Numbered from the stretch's first letter, positions 49,601-58,743 are shown. The stretch: DNA of 64,000 nucleotides from a virus (IMGVR_UViG_3300047561_001367:32001-96000), one strand, 5' to 3'. Made by a program: numbers and translations. The notes: generated by a model from the letters alone, not told the origin.

Positions 49601-50009
49601 AACAAATATAAATTATTATTCTCCAAATTATTTTAAAGCCCAGTTTATAAAATCAATACCCGCGACTGGATTTTATAGCGACCTGTCCACTGGATATTTA
49701 ACTGGACTAATTAAAACATATTTAGGTGAAAGGGACTTTAATGGAATTTGGAATTTAAAAACTGGTTTAGCAGACAATAAACTAGTTGATTTTAATTTAA
49801 ATAATTTTATAGAAAGCGGGATTTATAAACATGAACAAATTTATAAAGACGAAAGACTTAATAATTTAATATTTTACATTATATATAAAAATAATAAAAA
49901 TTATGCGTCATTAGATAATCCAGATGTCGGACAACTAACTATCAAAGATTTATATAATACGGGAGTATCTGGGTTGAATATTATATTTAGAATAACTGGG
50001 ATTATTTAA
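46605..50009 (+). CDS. Large TG/SG-rich virion protein
   Basis: Translation; within the tail block. Confidence 0.55.
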   Translation: MEKCINNYFTSSDTYINITGSGSASFIEKSNSWKEYYNLYSGYNLTGFKDEEAGVILKFNEVSGKDYFVDYRVNTQISNSKNKIKQHIKIKQFPPTNPGFPIEFSYDEAWASYDVKNGTNSKRVFSYAVNIQDNMLFHGYIITGTGGEFTSKSGLLNKYKRGISPQLFTGLTGYLNQYQVICTLGTECSKEPDEPPPIVKCWTGKYTTGVDFDNWIDKELSGLANQKYLPPDAPISLNYLTGSSVKQYFSVYTGHLLYNSWMTGDSISWSLYNFDYTGIYKQYHLNSLPLYPTTGFTLVYPQDWNSIDTLVDKLNEKLNEPMSYPVWYPYSCLSGTLSGVYITGGLMKFWKNTGITGIGEQNNQIDFVSLRTLPQVTVSSTVKDAAGNIKKSSESIQGGYSLSLSLRSDRDFPWFSGYSYLLPDTVQLEGWDARTLEWKILDKRSNLFSRFNIKEGKDGYIPRFTRSIVPDLEDPAITEADIKPAEEIDWESFAKISNTSGSCTMSTLLEFNRTLVKLNGNPLCPPAIQNQEVKFIYPNNCPPYIISGGKKVLTNSIYWCSNNSEDKMPEPEKSDEGSGGDDKQKDDKNLFSGVLSIIRTGWNLTGKNGANALYDEYDKYRVKLIHFKNEPPIGYIPKNYFTVENVNLYSLTGSSLSEHSGPPQCIINTDYTVDIQSVVPVRLTGTYYYTITPEKSGIFEFSQTPFVRSIEDSERPIKFNRQSGFIISDSGTGFLSIKLTGSGLMSYINSDYYFYDPISREMTFEKKLENTLVGSGYISGKATVIKQSVINRELMGGGRLSQTIGYFETTQDGYFTGQLNDIKYKAYDLTGYYKITGTITGFSQSGFLRVNKLISGAPSYSLIPGENGSYISDSPYYPIPTGYKNATGFININYNNIQNFDILSINNSDIIYNADGSNYLPPIFFDDTETLLYIINNNSGSFLVNAKTGLNPNIIYLNSLVSGEAGNSIKLSTTNNQLAFFNGTSLSGGKNYYSFLDMPTNINYYSPNYFKAQFIKSIPATGFYSDLSTGYLTGLIKTYLGERDFNGIWNLKTGLADNKLVDFNLNNFIESGIYKHEQIYKDERLNNLIFYIIYKNNKNYASLDNPDVGQLTIKDLYNTGVSGLNIIFRITGII

Positions 50010-50021
50010 TTATAATTATAT

Positions 50022-50705
50022 ATGGCAAGAGGAGGATATAATTATTTTCTATGTGGAGACGCTACTTTTACACCTTGGACTATAAGCCCTGGAAAAAAAG
50101 ATAATGCTACTGATAAAGATTTTTTAGTTGAGCCAGGGGTTTGTTTTTCCAGATATTCTTTAGATACCGGATCTTTTGTGCCAATAAAAGGACTAAATAA
50201 AGATTTTACCGTCACAAGTTCTGAAGATAAATTTTTTATTCAATTTGATTTGCTTAGTAATCTGCAAGTTTCTGGAGCGCAAATTAAATGTGAACATGTC
50301 GGTAAAGATGCTCCAGATGATGGTTGGAAAACTTATCCAGAATTTTATGAAATAACTCCTCAAGATGAATTTTCAACCGATGGTCGTGTTACAAAAATTC
50401 GTGATGGTAAACGTCAAACCAAATGTTTTGCATTAATCGGTTACCAAACAGAGGATCCTTATAAAAATAGCACTGGAGGAACATCTAGCTCTAGCTCTAG
50501 CTCAAGTAGTGCTGCCTCAAGTTCTAGTTCTGCAGCGGGTGGACAAAAGTTAGATGCCATTGATTGGATTCAAATTTTAGATCAAACTTTAATTTTAGCA
50601 GCAACTATTGTTAGCGGTGTTCCATGCGTAATACCATTTCCATATTTAAATGCTGGATATAACCATTTAGCATCATTAGTAGATATTGATGAATTTAAAT
50701 CGTAA
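50022..50705 (+). CDS. Hypothetical tail-block protein with poly-Ser
   Basis: Translation. Confidence 0.6.
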   Translation: MARGGYNYFLCGDATFTPWTISPGKKDNATDKDFLVEPGVCFSRYSLDTGSFVPIKGLNKDFTVTSSEDKFFIQFDLLSNLQVSGAQIKCEHVGKDAPDDGWKTYPEFYEITPQDEFSTDGRVTKIRDGKRQTKCFALIGYQTEDPYKNSTGGTSSSSSSSSSAASSSSSAAGGQKLDAIDWIQILDQTLILAATIVSGVPCVIPFPYLNAGYNHLASLVDIDEFKS

Positions 50706-50719
50706 TAAAAATATATATT

Positions 50720-51664
50720 ATGTTAAATATTAATGTCTTAGGTTCTCATTGGCCCATCGATACGGAAGTTTTACCGGAAAGGCCTAATGTTGTAGGTCCT
50801 GGTACTGAATATCCAGTAGGTTTCACGCTATCACAAATAGCAAAATTATATTGGACAGTACGTAGTTTTAATATTAATATTGCCGCCCCTGGAGTTGGAG
50901 ACGCCTTTACTACATTTTTATTTGGTGGGGGTTCAACTGGAACAATAGTTGGATCTTTAACTGGTTTAGCATTAGCAAGTATGTTAACTGCTGGGGCTTA
51001 TTTGAGTGGACGAACTAAATCAGGAGCGGTATCCCACGCCAAGATAAGAAGAACTATAAGTCGAATAGATAATGGTATAACCCAAGCAAATGCTAAACTT
51101 TTAGGTAGTGCAGATAAATCTGAAAAAAATCAAAACAATCCATTATCTCTTGATGCAGATATTAAACAAAATATTCTTGGATCTTTAAATACAGACGTAA
51201 ATGAAGGTACTATGGCAATAGGTGGATATCATAAATTAACTAATTCTGGAGGTTCAGTTTTTATTGATTTTCATGATATTATTTATGCAAGAAGACAGTA
51301 TTGGCCTAAAATAATTATTTTGGTAGGCCCATTAACTGGAATTGGCCCTCTTTTTTCCTCTGCTATAGTTTTTAAAGATCCAAGACTTAAAGGATTAAAT
51401 GTCTTAGGCGCTGGAGTTTGGAATGTAGTAACAATTGGTGGGATAATTTTTGAAGGTGCTGTAATTCAATTATTTGGTGCTGCACCCTATTTTCCAGGAT
51501 TGGGAATTATTCCTACCCCAGTATTTGGATCAATAACTACAGGAACTAAAGTTTGTGATCGGTTATATTGGGATGGTAAACCAGATAGTGAAAGAGAAGG
51601 TTATAAAGAAGATGAGTGTAAAGCTGTTGTTCAAGATCAAAAACCTAACCAATTCGGACTTTAA
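50720..51664 (+). CDS. Hypothetical Gly-rich protein, last gene of the structural block
   Basis: Translation; stop abuts the stop of the convergent gene. Confidence 0.6.
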   Translation: MLNINVLGSHWPIDTEVLPERPNVVGPGTEYPVGFTLSQIAKLYWTVRSFNINIAAPGVGDAFTTFLFGGGSTGTIVGSLTGLALASMLTAGAYLSGRTKSGAVSHAKIRRTISRIDNGITQANAKLLGSADKSEKNQNNPLSLDADIKQNILGSLNTDVNEGTMAIGGYHKLTNSGGSVFIDFHDIIYARRQYWPKIIILVGPLTGIGPLFSSAIVFKDPRLKGLNVLGAGVWNVVTIGGIIFEGAVIQLFGAAPYFPGLGIIPTPVFGSITTGTKVCDRLYWDGKPDSEREGYKEDECKAVVQDQKPNQFGL

Positions 51665-52420
51665 TTAATATTTTTTATTCTTATTCTTAATGCCACTTAT
51701 AATAGTAAACATTGACAATGGTGGAATATCTTTAATTTCAACCCAGTTGCTAGCTCCATCCATATTTTTTTGAACGGCTCTTTCTTTAATTTGTTCAAAA
51801 GAAATTTTATGCTCGTCCATTGTTTTTTGGAGTAAGGCTATTGGTTGAATAGCAATTGAACTTGGTTCAATTTCTGCATCAATATGTGTGGTTTTACCCA
51901 TTTCATCATTACCTACAATATTAATTTTAAGAAAACTACGAACTGCACGAATAAACGCACGATTTTCGGCAATAGCCATTAAAAAGTTTTTTGCAAAATC
52001 TTTTGTATTATCAAGATGAGCATCAGCAAGGGCAGAAAAAGAAACATTATGCCCAAACGTTTCATAATTTGAAAGCCAATTAATTGTACATTTAACTGCC
52101 ACGTAATCTGGACGGGCTTCAATTACATCGTATTGCACATTTGTATATCCACGTATTTGTGCAAGCTCTTTGATACCAGCTAAAAGAATTAAGAGTTGAT
52201 TATCTGGAAGAGTAGAGACATCGATTTCTTTTAAATTGACATCTTTTTGACCCTTAAAAGAATCTCTATTCGGAACGAGATAGTCTTTATTGATCATACT
52301 TCTCCAGTTAATAGTACTATCTGGATTAAATTTATACTCAACAGATGCTAATAGTCCATGATCATCCCTTAAAAAGGAATTAATTTCATTCTGATATCGA
52401 TGTTCTGTAGATTTAGACAT
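51665..52420 (-). CDS. Putative single-strand annealing protein (Rad52/Sak-like fold)
   Basis: 'LAGIKELAQIRG..VAVKCTI..SALADA..MAIAENRAFIRAVR' beta-beta-beta-alpha pattern. Confidence 0.55.
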   Translation of the reverse strand: MSKSTEHRYQNEINSFLRDDHGLLASVEYKFNPDSTINWRSMINKDYLVPNRDSFKGQKDVNLKEIDVSTLPDNQLLILLAGIKELAQIRGYTNVQYDVIEARPDYVAVKCTINWLSNYETFGHNVSFSALADAHLDNTKDFAKNFLMAIAENRAFIRAVRSFLKINIVGNDEMGKTTHIDAEIEPSSIAIQPIALLQKTMDEHKISFEQIKERAVQKNMDGASNWVEIKDIPPLSMFTIISGIKNKNKKY

Positions 52421-52426
52421 AAATCT

Positions 52427-52455
52427 ACTTTATAAATATATGCAAAGATTGTCAA
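52427..52455 (-). promoter_or_regulatory. Sigma70-type promoter, probably giving a leaderless mRNA
   Basis: TTGACA-N17-TAAAGT on the minus strand, 6 nt before the ATG at 52420. Confidence 0.65.
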
Positions 52456-53645
52456 GAATTATTTGAGTATAATAAAATATGACTCAACTCTTCTTTAAGA
52501 GCTATCAATTCTTCGTGTGTAATTGAAACTTGGGTTTGGATATTCAAATTTTCTATATGAATTTTTTTCTTATAAGCATGGTGGCTAGGATATAAAAATC
52601 CATCAGCATATAGTAATTTTCGTGTTTTGTAAAATAATTGTGTATTTTCTACTGGATGATATTTTAAAGTTGAGATTTCTTGAATAACAATTAATGTATC
52701 AATTAAGAGTTCTTTTCTGGAATTTAACTCTTCGATTGAATTTAAAGAGGTATCGTAAATACAAATAAAATCAATATTAAACAATGTTAAGTCATTAATA
52801 AACTCTAAATTAATAGAATTTGTAATATTATATATTACTTTTGTAAGATTTTTTTTAAAATTTAAAATACCTTTAATGTCGAAAGGCTTATCAGTTATAA
52901 TCGCAGTGGGCCTTATATTTAAATTATTTAATAAAGCTTGGTAATGGATATTCTCAATATTATCTGTATAGTCTAATCTATAATTTACCATTTGCCCTTC
53001 AAATAAATTAGGTGGGACAATTTGGTCTGGTAAACATTCAAATATGTCATTAGTATATGAATCGCCAATAAATTCTGTTTTAAGATTAAAAGAACTTTCT
53101 TTAAAAAGTATTTGATCTATAGCATTCGCAACGGTTTCAATTTTAATAGTATTAATTAATTTTGGATTTTCGTTCGGATTAAAACTAGGTTTCCAATTTC
53201 CTGGTGGTCTTAAACAAATCGCATTGTCTTTATTCCAAAATGGACCTGCAATTTCCGGCGAACTAACGCTATATAAAGCAACAATAGGTATATTAAAAGA
53301 ACTTGCCATATGTACAGCAAAACTATCATTTCCAATATGCATTTTAGAATTATCTATAATAAATGCTGTTTGATTAATATCAGTTTGACCCTGTAATTGT
53401 ATAACCCCTGTTAATGGTCGGTCATCCTTTGAACCAATTTGAATGATTTCATACCCATATTTTTCCAATTTTGGTTTTAAAAAATTAATAACTTCTTGAA
53501 AATATGCGTAACATTTCGCAGGCATACCGCTGCTATTTTGTATTGTTATATATTTACTACATGGTAACGGAAAATATTTTTTTATAATAAATGGTTTATT
53601 TATTTTACTACCCGTAGACAAAGCGTATTTTTCTAATAAGTGCAT
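52452..53645 (-). CDS. Glycosyltransferase family 9-like (C-terminal Rossmann half) plus unknown domain
   Basis: 'IIQIG', 'GQTDINQTAFII', 'HIGNDSFAVHMASSFNIPIVALY'. Confidence 0.8.
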   Translation of the reverse strand: MHLLEKYALSTGSKINKPFIIKKYFPLPCSKYITIQNSSGMPAKCYAYFQEVINFLKPKLEKYGYEIIQIGSKDDRPLTGVIQLQGQTDINQTAFIIDNSKMHIGNDSFAVHMASSFNIPIVALYSVSSPEIAGPFWNKDNAICLRPPGNWKPSFNPNENPKLINTIKIETVANAIDQILFKESSFNLKTEFIGDSYTNDIFECLPDQIVPPNLFEGQMVNYRLDYTDNIENIHYQALLNNLNIRPTAIITDKPFDIKGILNFKKNLTKVIYNITNSINLEFINDLTLFNIDFICIYDTSLNSIEELNSRKELLIDTLIVIQEISTLKYHPVENTQLFYKTRKLLYADGFLYPSHHAYKKKIHIENLNIQTQVSITHEELIALKEELSHILLYSNNS

Positions 53646-53646
53646 A

Positions 53647-55566
53647 TTAATGTAAATCTAAATCAATTTTGTCTTCCCCATTATGCATATAGCTGAGAAG
53701 TCTTTGTGTTGAAAAATATGGATGATAAACAATATCGCATATTTTTTCTTGACCCATACCACCTTCAAGAAATATTGCTGAGTCCATTGCTTGATGATAC
53801 GGAATCCATTTATCAATATAAGGGTTGCCTTCTATTAAATCTCTATATTGTGGATTTGTAGCGATGTATATAGTATACTCTCCTTTTGGATACCTATTGC
53901 GTAAAGATTCAAAAAGTGAAGTGACTAAATAAACATCCCCAATACTTTCGGGTTGAATGAGTAGAACTCTTTTTTTGTCATTCGGCTGAAACAATTCGGA
54001 GATATTAATTTTTTTATTTTTATTAATTTCTTCTTGAGCTACTTGTCTAAAATATTGTTCAATTTCAGTTTTTGGAGTTCTTTCTGATATTTTATGAAGC
54101 CAATGTCGAACACCTTCATCTTCATCAGTAACTTCACGACCCAATATATATTTATATAAAGATTTAATCCAAGATCTTTCATCGTCGTTATCTGGAACTA
54201 CAGCGTTGGGATTTGCTTGATTTTTTAATTGAGTATCAAATTGAAAACTGTCTTCTGGTAGTACGTCTAATGAGTCTATAAATTGTTCAATTTTACCCCC
54301 ATTAACTTCAATCGCGTAATTTTCTAAAGCCCATTTCCTAGAATCCTGCTCCATTTTTTCTTTTAAAGCTGGTTTCATTTCATAAACTTTTTTAAAAATT
54401 TTAGAAATTTCATATACAGAAGGTTGTGATTTTAAAAATTGAGTTCCATGCTCGGTATAAAAATTAAATTTCATTGGAAGACATCCTTTATTGTACTCTA
54501 CAATATCTTCCCCGAATGAATAGCCAGCTGTAGTTACTATTTTTTGAGTAAGAGCAGCTTCAACGCATGGTAATTCACATGCTCCAGAAGTTGCTGGATG
54601 TGAATATAATGAAAATATATTATATATTTCATTTAGTTGTTCATCCGTAACTCCTAAACTTACATTTGAAGTAATTAATGTTTTTTTCTTTGTGATGGGG
54701 TTTTCGATATCCTGCCCATGGAATGGCGCAATAAAATATTGACGCGTTTCTTTACAAATATATGTGCAAAGAACCTCTCTAGGGTCTACCCCGTATTGTT
54801 GACAAAGCCGACCAATATCCCACCCTTCACCATAATGAGTATGTGTATATAAAAATGTATTTTTAATTTCTGGATTAGCCTTTTTAAACATCGCGTAGGC
54901 TTCAATTTGAGTATTAATTAATTTACGTAATTGATTACGAAAAACGAATCCAATAATAAAAGCGTCTTGTGGTATTCCAAAACGAGCTTTAATTTCAGCA
55001 ATTTTTTGTAAAGGTAGCTTATAAAAATTATTAGTATTTACTAATGGATATTGATTTTTAACATGGGTGTGACCAAGTTTATGAAACTCTTTTCTAGCAA
55101 AATCACTCCATGTCCAATAGTGTTTTAATTTTGGAGCTTTTTCAATAGTGTCTGGCAATAATGGTAATGAATCAAAAGTATTCCAGCAAACAGTGGGTAT
55201 TTTTTCAAAAAATGGGTGGTCAATTACAAACTGGGAACCCCAAGTATCATTAATAGAAAAAATTACATCTGGTTTAAAATCTTTAACAATATTATTAATT
55301 TCAAGACCTCCATATGCTGCCACTCTAGCTAAGTTAGGATCTTGATTTATTTGTTGAATTTTATTAGGATCGGTTGGTAAGACACCTATAGTTTTCCAGG
55401 GATATTTTTTTGTATGAGGTCCATCGCTAGGAGTTCCTTGCGCTGCATTTAAAATTTCATATTTATTTGTTTTATAGAGGTAGGATAGAAGCAGTTTACA
55501 CTGTTTACCAAAACCAGTAAATGCACCCGCATAATCGGTTAAAAACAAAACTCTTTTTTTACGCAT
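53647..55566 (-). CDS. GT4-like glycosyltransferase fused to a helical (DUF4214-like) domain and the N-terminal half of a GT9
   Basis: 'TGFGKQ', 'RNQLRK', 'GACELPCVEA'; 'LYKYILGREV..EG..HW'; 'RVLLIQPESIGDVYLVTSLFESLRNRYP'. Confidence 0.8.
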   Translation of the reverse strand: MRKKRVLFLTDYAGAFTGFGKQCKLLLSYLYKTNKYEILNAAQGTPSDGPHTKKYPWKTIGVLPTDPNKIQQINQDPNLARVAAYGGLEINNIVKDFKPDVIFSINDTWGSQFVIDHPFFEKIPTVCWNTFDSLPLLPDTIEKAPKLKHYWTWSDFARKEFHKLGHTHVKNQYPLVNTNNFYKLPLQKIAEIKARFGIPQDAFIIGFVFRNQLRKLINTQIEAYAMFKKANPEIKNTFLYTHTHYGEGWDIGRLCQQYGVDPREVLCTYICKETRQYFIAPFHGQDIENPITKKKTLITSNVSLGVTDEQLNEIYNIFSLYSHPATSGACELPCVEAALTQKIVTTAGYSFGEDIVEYNKGCLPMKFNFYTEHGTQFLKSQPSVYEISKIFKKVYEMKPALKEKMEQDSRKWALENYAIEVNGGKIEQFIDSLDVLPEDSFQFDTQLKNQANPNAVVPDNDDERSWIKSLYKYILGREVTDEDEGVRHWLHKISERTPKTEIEQYFRQVAQEEINKNKKINISELFQPNDKKRVLLIQPESIGDVYLVTSLFESLRNRYPKGEYTIYIATNPQYRDLIEGNPYIDKWIPYHQAMDSAIFLEGGMGQEKICDIVYHPYFSTQRLLSYMHNGEDKIDLDLH

Positions 55567-55575
55567 ATTAACCTA

Positions 55576-56016
55576 TTATAAATAAATTTGTTGTAAAGTC
55601 AATTTTAAATATTCTTGTAAACGTAATGTTTCTGCAAAGTTTAGAGCAATACTAATTCCACCCAATTTAATAAGATACCCGACATGATTTTCATCTTTAA
55701 CAAAAGGTTCTACAAAAATAGGAGTTTTACCAGCATGAACTGTAGACCATTTTTTTGTTCCGTTTGATTGTAAAACTAATAAAGTTTCTGCAATGTCGTT
55801 TTCACTTAATTTAATTCGTTTATGCTTTTCTGGGTTATTAACATTTTCTTTAAATGTACCGTTATTTGTCTCGTTGTTCCATCCAGCCTGTTTTAGCATG
55901 TTCACATAAAAACCATTTTTCTTTTCTTCTTCGTTATCAAGGGCTAATCCAAAAGTAATCCATGAACCAGTAACAGATTTAGTAGGTTTACAAAACTCTA
56001 ATTTTTTCATATTCAT
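55576..56016 (-). CDS. Hypothetical protein, possibly a PC4/Whirly-like nucleic-acid-binding fold
   Basis: Two beta-sheet + helix units ending 'KLSENDIAE' and 'ALNFAETLRL'; weak. Confidence 0.35.
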   Translation of the reverse strand: MNMKKLEFCKPTKSVTGSWITFGLALDNEEEKKNGFYVNMLKQAGWNNETNNGTFKENVNNPEKHKRIKLSENDIAETLLVLQSNGTKKWSTVHAGKTPIFVEPFVKDENHVGYLIKLGGISIALNFAETLRLQEYLKLTLQQIYL

Positions 56017-56435
56017 TATATGCGTTTTTTTAAAATAAATCTAAGAATAAAATCGATAGATCGTAAAATTAAAAAGACAAATCCTAGCTGTAGAAAATCT
56101 TGAGTAATTAAACATATGATTATTGAAATCCATACAGTAAAACACGTAATACATGAAAATAATTTTAAGAAAAACTTTGTTTTAAAATCTTCAGTAAAGG
56201 AGTATTTTACAAAAACATACTCTATATAACTATCAAAAATCATGTCAGGATCTTTGTTATTAAAATAATCATCTATTAAAAGAACTTTATAAATTTTTTG
56301 CGATAGCAAAAACCGAAAGGAACGAACGTAATATGCGAAAAAATCAGAATAAAACCATAAATGTATAATTAAGGCACCCCAGCAACAGAGTAAAAATACG
56401 TTTAAGCTTGACATCAGTGTAAAAAAAGTGTTCAT
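56016..56435 (-). CDS. Membrane protein with CxxC
   Basis: Hydrophobic segments; LFSCITCFTVW. Confidence 0.55.
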   Translation of the reverse strand: MNTFFTLMSSLNVFLLCCWGALIIHLWFYSDFFAYYVRSFRFLLSQKIYKVLLIDDYFNNKDPDMIFDSYIEYVFVKYSFTEDFKTKFFLKLFSCITCFTVWISIIICLITQDFLQLGFVFLILRSIDFILRFILKKRI

Positions 56436-56580
56436 TAAGGTAACTTATCTGTTCGTAAACTCGCTTCGCTCCTTTCCGTTTTGCTCGCTTTGCTCACAAA
56501 AGTAATTCATTATTGTTCTTAAATACGTAAAAATCTAAAATTTCTTGACATGTTAAATAAAACATGATACAAGATTATAT

Positions 56581-57174
56581 ATGTTAAATCTTAAAAAAAT
56601 TAAAGATGACGTTTTAATAGAGAACGTAAAAATAAAAAATTGCAGTGAAAGTTTAAATGAATTAGTTGATAGGCATAGTGGAATGTGTTTCACTATTGGT
56701 AAAAAATATGCAACATCATGTGGGTTAGATATACATGACATAAATGATAATAGACATTGGATAATTTATAATGCTTTAAGCTCATACGATTCCAATAAAG
56801 GCTCTAAATTTTCTACATGGTTAGGAAATCAAATTAGATTTTTTTGTTTAAATTTTAAGAATAAAAATAATAAATTAGTTGCTACTGATGACAAAGTCTT
56901 AGAATTTTTTATAAATGAAAATAATCAGGCAAACAGAACAAATCAAAAAGAAACTGTAGATATTATTGTAGATTTATTTAATCAAATTTCAGACTTGAAT
57001 ACTAAAAATGCTATTTATTATAGATATTTTTATAATAAAGATCGCATTTTAAATTATTCGGAAATAGCAGATATATTAAAAGTAACACCTCAAACCGTTT
57101 TAAATTGGCACAATAAATTCATTAAATTTGCCAAAAAAAAATTGACAAATGCTAAAATTAGTGATAGTATTTAA
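56581..57174 (+). CDS. Phage-encoded sigma70-family RNA polymerase sigma factor
   Basis: Region 2 'YDSNKGSKFSTWLGNQIR', region 4 HTH 'YSEIADILKVTPQTV'. Confidence 0.85.
   Translation: MLNLKKIKDDVLIENVKIKNCSESLNELVDRHSGMCFTIGKKYATSCGLDIHDINDNRHWIIYNALSSYDSNKGSKFSTWLGNQIRFFCLNFKNKNNKLVATDDKVLEFFINENNQANRTNQKETVDIIVDLFNQISDLNTKNAIYYRYFYNKDRILNYSEIADILKVTPQTVLNWHNKFIKFAKKKLTNAKISDSI
57142..57170 (+). promoter_or_regulatory. Sigma70-type promoter with extended -10
   Basis: TTGACA-N17-TAGTAT with TGn before the -10, 9 nt before the ATG at 57180. Confidence 0.7.
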
Positions 57175-57179
57175 AAACT

Positions 57180-57491
57180 ATGGAAAATACAAATGAAAAA
57201 ACAAAACTCCAAGAAGCTGGCGCTTTTTGGATTAAAAAGTCAAAAGCTGGTAATTCTTTTTTAACTGGCACTGTTAAGTCCCAATCGGGAGAGGCAATTA
57301 AAGTGATTGTGTTTAAAAACCAATACAAAACTGAAGGTTCTAACCAACCAGACTATCGTGTTTATTTTGATACTAGCGTAGCGCCTAATTCTGAAATTAC
57401 GAATGCGGCCCCTGCTCCAGTTAAAAACACGAAAGCTCCAGCAGTAGCAAAACCTGCTGTAGCCCCACAAACTGAAGATATCCCATTTTAA
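57180..57491 (+). CDS. Putative ssDNA-binding protein (DUF736-like)
   Basis: 'GAFWIKKSKAGNSFLTG', 'NQPDYRV', SSB-type acidic tail EDIPF. Confidence 0.7.
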   Translation: MENTNEKTKLQEAGAFWIKKSKAGNSFLTGTVKSQSGEAIKVIVFKNQYKTEGSNQPDYRVYFDTSVAPNSEITNAAPAPVKNTKAPAVAKPAVAPQTEDIPF

Positions 57492-57494
57492 TTT

Positions 57495-58586
57495 GTGTCT
57501 AATTTAGCTTTAAATTTACCATTAAATCCTACATCTTTAGGACAGGTATCACTATCTATTCTTCGAGAACTTTTTTCTCGACAAAAGGATATAATCCTAT
57601 TCCCGATAGGAAATATAGATTTATCTTCCCAAAAACAAGATAAAGATTTTAACGAATGGATTCTTAAAGCGGTACAAAATGCACAAAAGCAGCATGACAA
57701 AAATAATCCAGTTTTTAAACTTTGGCATTTAACTGGCAGTCTGGAGAGTTTTTCTAAAAAACAAGTTTTGCTTAGTTTTTATGAAGTTGACTCTCCAACC
57801 TCTACAGAGATTAATATAGTTAAAAATAATGAAAAATTATTACTGTCTAGTAATTATGCTGTAAATATTTTTAGAGACTGCGGTCAAAAAAATGTGAATT
57901 TTATTCCACTTGGTTTTGATAAAGTTCATTTTAATAATCAAAATTATACGTCTAAAAAAGAAGGTATTCATTTTGGACTTTTTGGCAAATTAGAACCCCA
58001 AAGAAAGCGTCATTTAAAAACATTGCAGGCATGGGTTAAAAAGTATGGCAATAAACATGGATATTTTTTAAATTGTAGTATTTTTAATCCATTTTTAGAT
58101 CCAAATTTACAAAGCCAAATTATCGGACAAGCCTTGAATGGAGAGAAATATTGGAATATTAATTTCTTAGGTTATGCAAAAGAAAACTCAATGTATAATC
58201 AAACTCTAAATAATACTGATATTGTTCTTGCAATGAGTGGCGGAGAAGGCTGGGGGTTACCAGAATTTCAAACGGTTGGCCTTGGAAAGCATTGCATTGG
58301 TTTAAATGCGCATGCTTATAAAGATTGGATGACGGCGGAAAATTCCGTACTAATTAATCCAAATGCTAAAATTCCTGTTTATGATAATATGTTTTTTAAA
58401 GAAGGTGCTGATTTTAGTCAAGGGCAAATTTTCGATTGGGATGAAAATGAGTTTATCAATGGACTAGAGGAAGTTGAAAATAGGTTTAAAAAGAATCCTA
58501 TTAATACTGCCGGATTAAAAATACAAGAAGAATTTACTTATTCAAAAATGGTAGATGGTATTTTAAATGTAATGGAAAATATTTAA
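57495..58586 (+). CDS. GT4-like glycosyltransferase
   Basis: 'IPLGFD', 'GKLEPQRK', 'SGGEGWGLPEFQ'. Confidence 0.8.
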   Translation: MSNLALNLPLNPTSLGQVSLSILRELFSRQKDIILFPIGNIDLSSQKQDKDFNEWILKAVQNAQKQHDKNNPVFKLWHLTGSLESFSKKQVLLSFYEVDSPTSTEINIVKNNEKLLLSSNYAVNIFRDCGQKNVNFIPLGFDKVHFNNQNYTSKKEGIHFGLFGKLEPQRKRHLKTLQAWVKKYGNKHGYFLNCSIFNPFLDPNLQSQIIGQALNGEKYWNINFLGYAKENSMYNQTLNNTDIVLAMSGGEGWGLPEFQTVGLGKHCIGLNAHAYKDWMTAENSVLINPNAKIPVYDNMFFKEGADFSQGQIFDWDENEFINGLEEVENRFKKNPINTAGLKIQEEFTYSKMVDGILNVMENI

Positions 58587-58587
58587 T

Positions 58588-58743
58588 ATGAAAAAAAGAG
58601 ACTTATTTACTTTCTCAAATATTGGAGAAAAACTTAAATTTAAAGATGGCACTGAATATATGCGAATGCCAAATGGAGAATTGCGTAGAATGTCTCCGAG
58701 AGCGTTTCAGATTAGAAAAAATAACAAAAATCAAGTAAAATAA
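58588..58743 (+). CDS. Small basic hypothetical protein (51 aa, not in ORF track)
   Basis: MKKRDLFTFSNIGEKLKFKDGTEYMRMPNGELRRMSPRAFQIRKNNKNQVK fills the gap exactly. Confidence 0.6.
   Translation: MKKRDLFTFSNIGEKLKFKDGTEYMRMPNGELRRMSPRAFQIRKNNKNQVK

Noticed and set aside
35775-50009. Diversity-generating retroelement targeting the adhesins
   Set aside because: No reverse transcriptase and no template/variable repeat pair noticed in this window. An exhaustive repeat search was not possible by eye.
51662-51667. Abutting convergent stop codons (TAA/TTA) without a terminator
   Set aside because: Ordinary compact phage gene packing; no hairpin is evident, so no feature was called.
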